Shown piece by piece: positions 21,671-34,886 of a stretch of DNA of 64,000 nucleotides. The DNA is taken from NCBI RefSeq assembly GCF_000143415.4, contig NW_003314273.1:940074-1004073 (forward strand), in the 5' to 3' direction. The stretch's first letter is position 1, and the number at the start of each line of letters is the position of its first letter. This DNA comes from Selaginella moellendorffii. Taxonomy: Eukaryota; Plantae; Lycopodiophyta. The notes under the pieces are model-generated. The model had not been told where the DNA came from. It was given only the letters and a program-made list of their open reading frames with translations, and made no database searches. Both the position numbers and the translations under genes were made by a program.

Positions 21671-22327
21671 GAAAAACATTTTAAAGTATTAGCTCCATTC
21701 AAACTTATTGTGCTTGTCTTCATTCCACTATTTATATTCAGCCTCATTCCATTATTGCATTTGTTCAACTTTATTATATTGGGGCAAAATGTTCCCTTTG
21801 GACTTACTATACTCATCCTCATTCCAGAATCCATGTCATTCGTTCTCCACTATTATATTTGTTCGTTCTGACTCCATCATTGGAGCCAGACTCTTGTCCA
21901 TCCCCTTTAGCCCCTCCTCTGAAGAAAAAAAACGTTTGAAGCTTTAGAGTAAAAAAGACAAAGTGAGAAAAATTGAGGAAGAAAAATTATGGAAAAACAA
22001 AAAGTGAATAAAGAAGCATTATAATAGGATGTTTCAGTAGCTGTCAATGCATAAATATTGAAAAAAAATAAAAACATATACTCAAAGATTGGAAAATATA
22101 AGACTTCTTGTTATAAAATACTTTGGCCATCATAATATAAGCAAAAGATTCACATTGCTCAACCTTCTTAATTGACAACTCAACACTTTAGATAGGAAAA
22201 TTAATAAAAACGTCTACACTCTCAAAAGAACACATAAATTCCTTAGTATCAATGGTAAAATAAAAACTTTCACAAACACTCACAAGTGGGGATATACACT
22301 TAATCTAAAATCTTGGCAGAAGTGATT

Positions 22328-22482
22328 GTAACACATATAGTTTTCACCCTTTACCCTATCCTAATTTACTATAAAATAACCACAAAATAGAACATAACCT
22401 TGGACATGTAAACCAAGGGCAATGGAGTGAAACTTGAGCTTTAAGGCTGAAGGAAGATGCAAAGCTAAATTTCCAAGTATAT
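22328..22482 (-). mobile_element. Decayed family-B LTR remnant split by the chromovirus insertion (continues at 28048-~28190)
   Basis: TGTAACACATATAGTTTTCACCCTTTACC resembles the reverse complement of the LTR end at 50240-50299. The joined halves align with 28965-29280. Confidence 0.6.
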
Positions 22483-22843
22483 TGTCAAGATCCTCAACAA
22501 GATCAAGACTGGAAAATGCAAAAGACAAAGAAAAAAGCTAGTGGAAACAAAGAAAAGGCTTTAGACTGGCATTGATTTAGATTGTGGAAAAATGGAACAA
22601 AGATAACCTATATATACTATAGGTTGATGAAGCTCCACCACTCTTGGATCGAGGACGGCCTAAATATAGCTGAGGTCGAGGAGGTGCCACATCATTATCA
22701 GGAATGTGGCTCGAGACTCAGGAATTGTACAGGAAATCAGAGAGTCAGGAATAGGGAAGTGTCTCGAGAGTCAGGAATGTGGTCTGCAAGTCAGGAATCC
22801 AGCGAGGGTCAGGAATGTGGCAAGAATTGGGGGATTCTTGACA
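22483..22843 (-). repeat. 3' LTR of chromovirus (361 bp)
   Basis: TGTCAAGA...TCTTGACA inverted termini; homologous to 27656-28042. Confidence 0.93.
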
Positions 22844-25800
22844 GCACCCCCTCCTTAAGAACGAGTGGAACAAGGATGTGAACGAGAACGAAGAGGAGGA
22901 TGAGATGAGCGGTGAGGGATGGGAGATGGAGAAAAAGAATGAGGATTGGGACGAGAAGGATAGCAGCGGTGCTGAACAAGGTTAGGAGAATGAATTAGGT
23001 TGTCTGCACGTTCCCAAGTGCATTCCTCAGGTCCGTAACCTTTCCAATCGACCAGATAGTAAGTTTAGACTGTGAAATCTTGGAATCAAAGATGTCCTGA
23101 ACCTCGTACTCAAACCCATCCTTGAGCTGCACTAGTGGAGGTGGAGGAATGACCTGATTTGGAATAGGACTGGGAATATAAGGCTTAAGGAGAGAGGAGT
23201 TTAAAACAGGGTGAATTTGATATGAGGAGGGAAGTGCAAGGTGATAAGTGATAGGATTAATGATGGCAGTGATAGGGAAAGGACCGTGAAATTAAGTTTT
23301 GGACAGGGCCTGGTGGTGGAGATATTTCGCTTGAGGAGCCAGACTTTATCCCCGATATTGTAAGGGGGACAATCCTGACGATGGACATTTGCAAATGTTT
23401 TGTGAGATTCCTGAGCATGATGGAGGTGGAAGGAGATGGAGTTGTGGATTTCTTAGAGGTTGGAGACAAATGCCTCAGAGCGGGGATTTGAACGAGACGA
23501 TTTAGATGGAGAAGGAAGTGAGAGATTGAATCGGGGATTTCAGCCAAAGTTTGCAAAGAAGGGGGAAATTCGAAAAAAGGAGTGAACAAAGTTGTTATAG
23601 GAGAACTCAGCAAGGGAAAGGATATCGAACCAATTATCTTGATGATAGTTGATGAAGCACCTCAAGAATTGTTCCAACGTCTGAATCGTTTGCTCGGACT
23701 GTCCATCAGTTTAAGGATGATACGCCGAAGAGAGGTTGGCCTTCACTCCAAACAGCTACAAAAACTGTTACTAGAAATGAGAGGTGAACTGAGGCCCCCG
23801 ATCCGAAACCACATCTGTAGGAATCCCATGAAGTCGGAAAATTTCCCTAAATACCAATTTTGCCATGTCCTTGCCCGAAAACTCCTTGGTACCTGGCAAG
23901 AAGTGTGCCATCTTTGTGAAGCGATCCACCACGACTAAAATGCTGTTGAAGCCTCCAGAACTCGGAAGATCACTTAAGAAATCCATGGAGATGGATTCCC
24001 AAGGACCTAAAGGGACCAGGAGGGAACGAAGCAAACCTGAAGGAAGGTGGCGAAGTACCTTATTTTGGGAGCAAGTGTCACAGGAGGTAACAAAAGCTTT
24101 GATGTAGTCGTCCATGTGAGGCCACCAAAAGTCCCATGCAACTAGCTCATAGGTTTTCGCAATGCCAAAGTCATCAGCAGTCGGGCTATCATGGCACGCC
24201 ATCAGGACCAACCTTCGAGCATCACCTTCAGGAACGTAAAGCTACTCCCTACGGTACAATAAGCCATCTAAGAACTCGAACTCGTCAAATCACCGGCAAT
24301 CGGGAGTCACTGGGTGTCCAGCTTGAAGATGGGGAAAAATGTCACTAGCGAGATCATCGGATTGAAGATCATTTCTGATCGCATCCATCAAGGAGGAGTC
24401 CTGAAGGGCCAGGGAAATTGCCATAACTTGAAGCTGATCAGGATCAAGGATAACTTGATCCTGTTGATCGAAGGCAGAATTACCAGGCCTGAGATTTAGA
24501 TAGGAGCGCCTTGAAAGAGCATTAGGAAGGCCTTGAAACTTTCCAAATCTGTATTTGATAACAAAGTCAAACCGACTCAAGAATTGTGCCCACCTTGCTT
24601 GACGAAGGCTCAAAACTCGGGAAGTGGCAAAGTACTCGAGATTTTTGTGATTCGTCTAGATTGTTGTTTGATAGCCCGCCCCCTCCAAGAAATGGCGCCA
24701 CTCTCCAAAGGAATCCACGATGGCAAGGAGCTCCTTGTCGTGGATTTCATAATAGATCTCCGCAAGCTGGAATTTCCGAGAATGGAAAGTGACCGGATGA
24801 AATTCTTGATCCGCTCCGAGTTGAGACAGCACAGCACCGATGGCAAAGTCGGAGGTGTCAGCCTCAATGAAGAAAGGTTGTGAGGAATCAGCATGGATCA
24901 AGACGGGAGCAGAACTGAAGGATGCCTTGAGTGTGTCGAAGGCTTGTTGGGTAGCAGCAGACCAAGAGAAGGGAACATCTTTGCAAGTGAGATGTGTGAG
25001 AAGAAGGACAATATTAGAGTAGTGATCAATGAATTTGCGGTAGAAGTTGGCGAAACCAAGGAAAACCTAAACGTCTGACATTGATTGTGGAGGCTCCCAT
25101 TCGAGAGTAGTCTTGACTTTGGCAGGATCCATCGTGATACCCTTAGGAGTGACAATGTACCCAAGGAACTCCATAGACTGCTGATCGAAGGAACATTTCT
25201 CAAGCTTCGCATATAGGCCGTGTTCTCGCAGCTTCACCTGCACCTTGTGTACATGTTTGTCGTGCTCCTCCTGAGTTTTTGAGTAGATGAGGATGTCATC
25301 GAGGTAGATGATCACCATCTGATCAAGAAACTCCTGAAAGACGTCGTTCGCCATGTGTTGGAAAACTGCTGGAGCATTTGTCAAGCCAAATGGCATAACA
25401 GTGTACTCAAAGTGGCCATAGCGGGTTCAGAATGCAGTCTTCCATTCATCACCAAGCTGGATCCGGATCAGGTTGTATGCTCCACAGAGGTCGATCTTGG
25501 TGAAGAAGCGGGCACCACCGAGGCGTTCCAATAGGCCTGAGATCAGGGGCAGCGGATAACGGTTCCGAACAATCACCTTGTTCAAACCTCGGTAGTCAAT
25601 GACTAGCTGCAAACTCCCATCCTTCTTCTTGACAAAGAAGATAGGCGCTCCAGCCGGGGACTGTGAATGCTAAATGTACCCCGAGGCAAGGTTCTCATCC
25701 ACGTACTCTTTGAGGGCCTTAAGCTCGGACGGGGATAACCCGTAGATAGGCCCTCACAGAGGTGATGCTCCTTCCTGTAAATCAATGGGACAGTTATAAG

Positions 25801-27655
25801 GCTGATGAACAGGTAGTACACTAGCTTTTTTCTTGTCAAACACATCCCCAAAATCATGATACTTCTTAGGAAGACTGACAGGAGAAACATGCAAAGCAAA
25901 AAGGGAAATAGGTTCTTCATGAAGGAGTTCTTTCATAGTGATTGTGGAGATAGGAGGAGGCGTATGACTAAATGGAATGATGAGACGAGGATACTATCCA
26001 GTGTAAGATGGAAGAGAGGAAAAAGAAGAGGGTGAAAACTTCGTAGAGTCAGGAATAGAACCCCGATTTGAGTTTAGGGAACTTTTTCCTAATTCGGACT
26101 CGATAAATAGCATGGGAAGCCGTGGGAGATGGTGATGTGGGAGAGATGAGCTGTAATTCCTTCCAACAGATCTGAGGCTGATGTAGTTGGAACCAAGAAA
26201 GATCGAGCACCACAGAGGAGGACTTGCTGTTGATGATGTTGAAGGCGATATCGGTGATGGTGGACCCGATGTGTACTCGAATGGGCAACGTTTCCCTAAG
26301 TCCAGAAGATGAAGACACAAAATGCCCGCCGATGCCTTCAACCCTCAGATCCCGTATGGTAGGAGAAAGAGGAACATGATGTCGAGTAGCAAAGTCCATG
26401 TCCATGAAGTAGGAAGTTGCACCCGAGTCTAGTAGCACCAGAGCCTTGAGTCCTGATTGTCCGGTGAAAGAAAGGAGACATGGGACGCAGAAGTTGCGGG
26501 AATTGATGGTGGCTTTGATGAAAGGTGGTGAAGAGCTTAATAAAGAAGAAAAGTGATTTTTATTCAAGGAGTCCAAACAAACAGCTCCTACTCTGTTTGG
26601 ATAGGTCGTTTCCCAACTACAACAGAGGTGGACTTTTAGGCAGAGTGAACTCGAGTAGTCGGGGAGGCTTCTTGGGACACATAGCTGCTTTGTGATTAGG
26701 ATCAGCATAGTAGAGGCAAAGATTATGAGATATTCGATGTTGCTTCTCAGGAGGACTCAACTTCCCTCTAATGAGTCGGGGAGTACCAGAAATATCCATT
26801 GGAACTGGAGCAATAGGTTTAGGAGTATGCCCCGAAGACTCAAGATGGGATTCCTGAGTCTGGGACGGAAAAACAGTGGCGTGGCGACTTTCTTAACGAC
26901 GTTCAAAGAGACAATTGTCACATTGAACAGCTTTGTTGATGGCGTCCGACAAGTCCTTGGGATCCTCCATGGTGAGCAACAAATCCTTGACACCGTTGTT
27001 GAGGCCGAAACGAAATTGGTCAATCAGGGCTTGCTCATCCCACTGAGTGTCCAAGGCAAGGAGTTGGAACTCTGCAGCGTAGATCGAGGCAGGACGAGAC
27101 CCCTAAGAGAGACGTCTCATCTTTGTGGTAGTAGCCCGAACCCAATCCGTCTCGCCAAAACATGCTTCGAGCTTCTCTTTGAACAATTGAAGATCCATCA
27201 GCTCCGGAACCACGACCCCTTTTATGCTCTTCTCCAAAAGAGGAGAAAACCATGACAAAGTTGCACCTTCGAGCAATGTCCCAATCGTGTCGATTTGAGA
27301 CTCGGGAGTGGGGTACTGCTGATGTTGAAGTGCGAAGATCAGCTCCATCTGGTTCAGGAATCTGCGAAGCTCCGAACGCTTGCCTGAAAATTTTGCCGGG
27401 AAACTCAACTTCGGTTTAGGAACTTTGCTGGATCCTTGAGCCGAAAGTGAAGCAAGCTCCTACTGCATGCGAAGAAGGGTCGCCTTCAGCTCGGTATTCT
27501 CAGACTGGATTTTTGCATGGACTTCGGCAAAGAAATCAGGATGGCTTGGAGACTCCATCGGCAAGAAGAAAGAAAAAGGGGGAAAAAAGGCAAAGGTAGT
27601 CAAACAATCAAAACAAGCTAAAGCAAAAAACAGAAAAACGCAATCTGAATCAAAC

Positions 27656-28042
27656 TGTCAAGACCCCCAACCAGGTCAAGACTGGAAAATGCAAAAGACA
27701 AAGAGAAAAGCTAATGGAAACAAAGAAAAAGCCTTAGACTGGTGTTAATTCAAATTGTGGAGAAATGGAACAAGGCTAACCTATATATATTATAGATTGA
27801 TGAAGCTCCACCACTCTTGGATCAAGGACGGCCTAAATATAGCTGAGGTCGAGGAGGCACCACATCATCATCAGGAATGTGGCTCAAGACTCAGGAATCA
27901 TACAGGAAATCAGAGAGTCAGGAATATGGAGGTGTCTCGAGAGTTAGGAATAGGGAAGTGTCTTGAGAGTCAGGAATGTGGTTTGCAGGTCAGGAATCCG
28001 GCGAGGGTCAGGAATGTGGCAAGAATTAAGGCATTCCTAACA
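27656..28042 (-). repeat. 5' LTR of chromovirus (387 bp)
   Basis: TGTCAAGA...CCTAACA; has one extra ~26-bp TCAGGAAT-type unit compared with the 3' LTR. Confidence 0.93.
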
Positions 28043-28829
28043 TATATAGCTAGAGAGTGAAGTGATTGGAACATGAAATAACTTTTGAGCATTGAACCCA
28101 ATGAGCAAAGGTACAAAAGCATGGAGTGACATTAAAACAATCTTAAAGCATTCAGCATCCAACACCAAAACCAACACGTAAAACTAAGTCAAACAGAGTC
28201 TGGCATTATTCTAACATACTAATGTCCTAATGCAAAGATATAGGTACTTCACTAGCTAATATAGTATAGAGCTTAAGCTAGCCAGATGCAAAATAAAGAC
28301 AGACACACAAGTGGGGAGCTAAATTATATCTTATGTTGGTTGGCCATGCCCGATATACCCACTATCCTTATTACATATTTGGATATATGGCCAATATAGA
28401 TGTTAAGTTCAATTAATTAACACTTGAACAAGAAGGATTAATAAAGGGTTCAACAATACTGATCTTTTACTGTTATGGTAATAAAGAAACAATGTTTTAA
28501 AGGGCCAACAAGTAACTTTTGAGATACTTGCAATCACATTTGCAATAGTGACTCAACCCTTAGAACAAGAAAATATTCAATATTAGAATTGATCAAAGAC
28601 TCTACTAACAAAACAAAAGCAAGACTCTCAACTTCACACACATTCTCAACATCTAGAGTTGAATGAAAAGGACAAAAAACACTAGAATAAGAATGAGAAT
28701 CATAAAAGTTATAAATGATCAATATGCTAAAAGAAGGAAACATTGCAAATAAAGAGTAAACACTAGGAAGTAGCTTAGGCTGAAAAATAATAAAATATTG
28801 GGAAAGAGCAAAAGGTAAAAAGAGAGGTA

Positions 28830-28849
28830 ATATATATATATATATATAT

Positions 28850-28938
<89 letters not shown>
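28830..28938. repeat. (TA)n microsatellite
   Basis: ~110 bp of TA repeat with one interruption. Confidence 0.98.
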
Positions 28939-28947
<9 letters not shown>

Positions 28948-28964
28948 AAAAAAATAGACCATTA

Positions 28965-29280
28965 TAATGTATATGGTTTTCATCCTTTACCTTATAGTGG
29001 TTTACCATAGAATAACCATTAAGTAAAAGCTTAACCCTTCACATGCTATATGCCACATATCATATGTCCAAGGGTAATGGAGAGGAACATGAGTTCCAAG
29101 GCCTTGAGCCACTAAACAAAGGGATGGAGCCAAACTCCTAAACATGGAGTTAGAATGCAAAGCAAGTGGAGTATAAATGACTCTTGAGCATACAACCTAA
29201 AGAGTGTAAGGACAGGAGCATGAAATGACCTAGAACAATCCTAGAGCTTTTAGCATGCCAATGCCAAAGCTAACTTGCAA
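28965..29280 (-). mobile_element. Second decayed family-B LTR remnant
   Basis: GGTTTTCATCCTTTACCTTATAG...CCAAGGGTAATGGAG aligns with 22340-22482 + 28048-28180. Confidence 0.55.
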
Positions 29281-30101
29281 AATGGAGCCAATCAACTATG
29301 CTCAACCTACTCATTATTCCTACTATATCCCCCAAAGCAATTGTCCCTCTCCTCCCCCTCTTCCAAGAACCTTTGCCACATCATCTCATTGTTGTCCCCC
29401 AATTCCACTTAACCTAACTAGTCAATTAGGGCCACAGTAACCCATTACATCTGTAGCAATTACTCCCCCTTTAGAATTCACACAAAAGGTTGATTTAAAT
29501 ACCTATAATTTATTCTAGCCAAAATCCCATAAATTTATTGAGATTGTGAGCCAAATCATCTCCTTGTTGTCCCCCCATCCCGCTTAACCTAACTTGTCAA
29601 GTCCCAAGTATAGGGGCTATAGTATATTTACAGACCTTACAGTAACTTTATTTTTTAAGTTTAAAAAACAACAAAAGAATATATTCTATCAACAATTGAC
29701 TCTCAAACCAGTTATGCAATAGTAATTGTTTCTTCATCAGATTTTATATTTAAACACTTTCTTATTAGATTTAGTAGTGTTTGACAAGTTTTAATTAGAA
29801 ATTAAAAAGTTTTTATATACTTTTTGTATTTGGTGTGATTGCTTTTTTTTAACAAGTTAGTATAGTGATATAATTTTTATTTAAAAAACAGATAAATATA
29901 ATTCCTTAAAACTTTTTAAATTCTAGAAGTTATAAATTGCTATAATCATAGAACTACTCATGTAAAACAATGAAACTTTCTTTAATTATTTATACTATAC
30001 ATGCTCAATTACTAAATTATATGGATAAATAATTTAATATAGTTTTATTTTATTTAATGTAATGCATTAGGAACATAAAATGCTAGCATCCATTTACACA
30101 A

Positions 30102-30391
30102 NNNNNNNNNNNNNNNNNNNNNNNNNNNNNNNNNNNNNNNNNNNNNNNNNNNNNNNNNNNNNNNNNNNNNNNNNNNNNNNNNNNNNNNNNNNNNNNNNNN
30201 NNNNNNNNNNNNNNNNNNNNNNNNNNNNNNNNNNNNNNNNNNNNNNNNNNNNNNNNNNNNNNNNNNNNNNNNNNNNNNNNNNNNNNNNNNNNNNNNNNNN
30301 NNNNNNNNNNNNNNNNNNNNNNNNNNNNNNNNNNNNNNNNNNNNNNNNNNNNNNNNNNNNNNNNNNNNNNNNNNNNNNNNNNNNNNNNNNN
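30102..30391. other. Assembly gap (N)
   Basis: run of N. Confidence 1.
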
Positions 30392-33300
30392 TGGTTAAGA
30401 TTTAATTTATTTTCTTCATTTTCATTACTAAAAAAATATCTGCAAGTGTAAAAACCAACTCCTAAAAAATAAATAAAATAAGGATGGATTCTGATGATCA
30501 CAAGAAATTTTGTCAAATTAAAAACTCAGGATTTATTTCAGTATAAATTTTAATTGTATCCTTTCATTATACTAATTAGACAATGAACAATATGAAATAT
30601 TTATGAAAAATAACATACTTTTATTTAATACTTGGTTTTTCTTTTCATCACAACTGTTATACAATGCAGCTCCTATGCTTTTACTGCCAATCCTTGTGTT
30701 TAGTTGGATTTCTTCTATAGGAATTTTGAAATTGTTTAATGCATTTTTATTTAAAAAATTCACTAATATAAAAATAATAAACTCCTTAGTAACAAAATAC
30801 AAGAGTGAATAAAGGAGTGGAAGAATATATATTGTTTTTGTGAAATTTCATTTGATTCATAGAAAGAAGTCTTTTGAAATTAATATTTTAGTATTTTATT
30901 TATATTAATGAATTTCATGCTATGTTTCTTGTATTAATAGACTAATTAAATAGGATTATATACATTATTTCATATTAAAGGTAATAATAGTATTGTGAGT
31001 GCATGGAATATAGAAGGGGAATACAGAAAATGTGTATATCAATTAGCCCAAAAACCCTAACTTATATACAAAAGTGAGTGGTCTGGATTGAAACCAATCT
31101 GATGGCTATGAAAATCTCACTACACTAATATTAATATACAGCATTATAGCCTTACATTTGGACCTCATATCATCCCCTGCTCTCGAAATAATAAGACCAT
31201 CAGGGTTCTCTTGTAGATGGGCTGGGATCTAGAGGAATGTCAGGAAGAGGCATCGGTGGATCTGTAAGTGGTATTAACTGTTCTTGACCCCTTTGTACAA
31301 AGCATTTCAATTGTTGCACATGCATAGTTTCTGGAGGATTAGTTTGTTGGATGTCATATCAAACATCATAAACTTGTGGTCTAATTTGCCACAACACCTA
31401 ATATGGTCTTTTCCACTGAGTAAGCAGCCCTTAGATAAACCACATACCATAAGATAGGGAAAACAAACTAACACCAAATCATCCACTTTGTACTCTATAG
31501 GTGGACGATGATGGGAGTACATTGTTATTGTCCCACTTGTACGCAGTCTAAGGCTGTGGAACAACGGTCCTTGGCAGCTCAGCTAGATCAGTGTCAAGGG
31601 ACCCGCTATGAACCTCTGGCACCATTCTTGAGCTATGTTCAGTAAACTTTGCTTGAACAAGTGGAAGAATGCTCGTCAAATACTAATCCCATGACCTAGC
31701 ATCGGTAGCTCATGGTAACCATGAAGGTAAACCCAACTCCATTGGTAATATTGAATCATGACTATATATGAGTTTATATGGTGAAGCACCAACAAAACTT
31801 TTCACCCTTATGACATATACGTACTAAAGAAACGACAAATAACCATCCTAATACGAATGTTGAAAGTTTATATACTTCACAATCATTCCTTTGAATGTCC
31901 GAATAAACCATTCCACCAAACCATTTGACTTTGGATGATAATCACTCATGAAACTATAGCATATCCCCAACCAAAAAGTCAAAATATGAAATGCCTCAAC
32001 CATAAATGCGGGACAATTATCTGAAAGAATCTGTTCTAGACAAGAATGTTGGAACACCATTTGATTAAGGAAAAAATATCCAATAGTAGTTACAGAGGCG
32101 CTAGCAAGAACACCAACTTCCACCCGACGAGTCAAATAGTCAGAAGCAATAATAACATATTCATTGCCAATAGTCGATCATGGAAAAGGTCCTATAAAAT
32201 CAAATACACTAACTCAAACGGACAGGAAATTGCAATTGACTCCAACCGTCCTTTTGAAGCACGAGGAGGAGTATTACGAGCTTAGCACCAAATGCAGCTA
32301 TGCATATACTAGATAATATTACGTTGCATCTCTAGCTAATAAAAAGACTTGCGCAACTTTTTGGTCATACAACGATGTGCCATATACCCACCTAGAACAA
32401 GAGAATCATAGTAGGCATAGAGAAATTGCGGAATAAAGATGAAAGGCACCACTAACCATAAAGGATCATCAAGAACCCTCCCCACAAAATAAAGAAGGCC
32501 ATCTTCAAAGTAATATTGAGAATGTAAATGTCAGAATGGCAAGTCATTAGCAAGTGATGTAAGATTCTCAAACCCATCTTAAAGCCTTCGAATCCATGGC
32601 TCAATCTTTTTAGCCTCGCAAACCTCATCAAGAGAAAGTAGATCTTTCTCTACACCTTGTGGACACTGAATATCAAGTACACCAACTACCAACAGCACAA
32701 AATCCTCGTCGAGAAAATCCACAGATCTTGGAATAACAGACTCATCAGCAACATGAGAAGAAAGTGGAGAAAGAAGAGGAGCTTGAGAAAGGGCATTTGC
32801 ATCAGCCATAGAGCTCCCTAGGTGATGAATAACATTAAAATCACATATCTAAAACTTCAAAGCCCACTGAGCAATACAATCAACCAGATTTTTCCACTTC
32901 AATAATGAAGTAACGACAACATAATCACCTTTTAGTAACGTCCGAGAAATATGTAGATATGCATGAAGTTTCTCGAAACCTTAAACTGCTACTAAACACT
33001 TCTTCTCTGTTGTAGAGTGGTTCACCTCCACTGGTTGTAATGTATGGCTTATATACGCAATGGGATGATGCTAACATGCACACTCGGGCTCTTTTGTATC
33101 AACATGCCTCCAAGATTAATATCAGAAGCATCCACACGCAAAATGAAAGGTCAAGTGTAATCAGGATATGCCAAAACTGGAGGAGTCATCAATAGCTCTT
33201 TAAGATCCATGAACACCCATTCACAATCTAGAGACCAGATTAAAGATGACATTAATGACTTTAGCAACGCTCATAATGGTGCAGTGCAATCAAAAAGATG

Positions 33301-34886
33301 ATCTAGAAAACAACCAAGATATTGCACCTTGCCCAGGAAGTGCTGCACATCATTCACACACTTCAGAGTAAAGAACTTTAGAACAACCATAAGTTTGTCA
33401 GGATCAATTTACAAACCCTCACAAGAAATACAGTACCCAAGATAAGTTCTGTCCTGAGACCCAAACACACACTTTAACCGCTTCAACATTAAACCAACTT
33501 CTCATAGCCAATAAAACACTTCATGAACATCACAGACATGTTCCTCCCATGTGCCCTCCGAATGGATCAAGACATCATTAATAAAGATAATAGTCACCTT
33601 CGGCATATCACAAAGAACTTTGTTCATCATCTACTAGAAAGTTGTTAAAGCATTGTACTAAATGGCATCACCAAGAACTCATACAAACCAAACGGTGTAC
33701 AAAAAGCAATCTTAGGAATATCTTCTTCGGCCATCAATACTTGTCAGTATCCAGAAGCAAGATTTAACTTGGTGAACCAACAACTTCTCCCCAAACGATC
33801 CAAGAGATCAGTAGTGTGAGGAAGAAGGTACATATTTGGGATCATCACTTTGTTTAATATACGATAATTGATGCAGAAATGAATACTCCCATCAGGCTTC
33901 ATCACAATATGAGATTCATATGCCCAAAGACTCCGCGACTTTTGAATAACACCCTTTTCCAACATCTCATTGATGTTTGTACGTAAAATCTTGATCTCTT
34001 TGGGTGATTGACGACGAATAGGAACGTTGATTGGACGAGCATCCCCATTTGGAGTCGAATAATGTGTGGCAATCTTGGCCCTAGGCAATAGGTCACATTC
34101 AAAGAGATTGACATATTCCTTCATGAGCCGATCAACCACTACAATACAAAGATTGTCAAAGGGATTGAAAAAGGGAAGAGCAGAATAAGACGAAAACATA
34201 GGAGGAAATAGTGGGGAGACAAAAGTGACTTAAACAAAGGTAAAAGCAAAGGGACGAAGAGCTACGTAAGTGAAAGGAATGGATGAAATATAAAAAAGTA
34301 TGAAACAAGGGGGAGAAGCCTCAAAATCACATTTGGTATGATTGCGCTGCAACCAATCCATACCAAGGATGAGGTTAAAAGCTTGACTTAGCACCACTTG
34401 CAATAACTGCAAAGCTCAAGATCATCCACATGCACAATTAGGTCTGCCTCAGCCTATGCATATACATGTGTATGGCCATTGCCATAAAGAATAAAAATTG
34501 GCTCCGCTACACGATGCAAGTGTAGACGGCAACATGTGGCAATAAGTCAAGCAATAGGAGATAAACTCGAATCTGTATCAACCAACACAGAGAGAATAAT
34601 AAAAAACATTTTGTTATAAAAACGAGTTTGGAAAGTAAAAATTTGATGAACTAGTGCCAAATGAACCTCTTAATAATACTTTCAAAAGAAAGATGGAGGG
34701 GTCACTGACTTATTCATGTAAAGTCCCTCCATTACTTGTATGACTCTTCATTTCCTAGATGCATCTCGGTGTCTAAACCTTTCACTATAGTAGCACCAAT
34801 AAAATGTTGTTGACACCAAGGACTCCACCCCAAAAATAGAGGTCATCAATCTAGAAACGCCAACAACATTTATAAGTGTGACCAAG

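Larger units (their letters stand above)
22483..28042 (-). mobile_element. Structurally complete, mutated Ty3/gypsy chromovirus (Tcn1/Tf1-sushi-like)
   Basis: LTRs 22483-22843 and 27656-28042 (TG...CA); TSD TATAT on both sides; PPT AAGGAGGGGGTGC. PEG10-like gag (PAKFSGKRSELRRFLNQ, PMDIS, CLY.ADPNHKAAMC), protease LLDSGAT, RT YLDD, RNase H EADTSDFAIGAVL / YEIHDKELLAIV, integrase SDRGPQF, chromodomain EYEVQDIFDS...YLVDWKGYGPEECTWE. Several stops and frameshifts. Confidence 0.95.

Noticed and set aside
22695-22822. CRISPR-like spaced repeats (TCAGGAAT units)
   Set aside because: Eukaryotic LTR interior; repeats are only 8-12 nt with irregular spacing; no cas genes.
28534-28983. 149-aa YIYIYI ORF
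   Set aside because: Translation of a (TA)n microsatellite.
30080-30516. ORFs spanning N runs
   Set aside because: Artefacts of the assembly gap.
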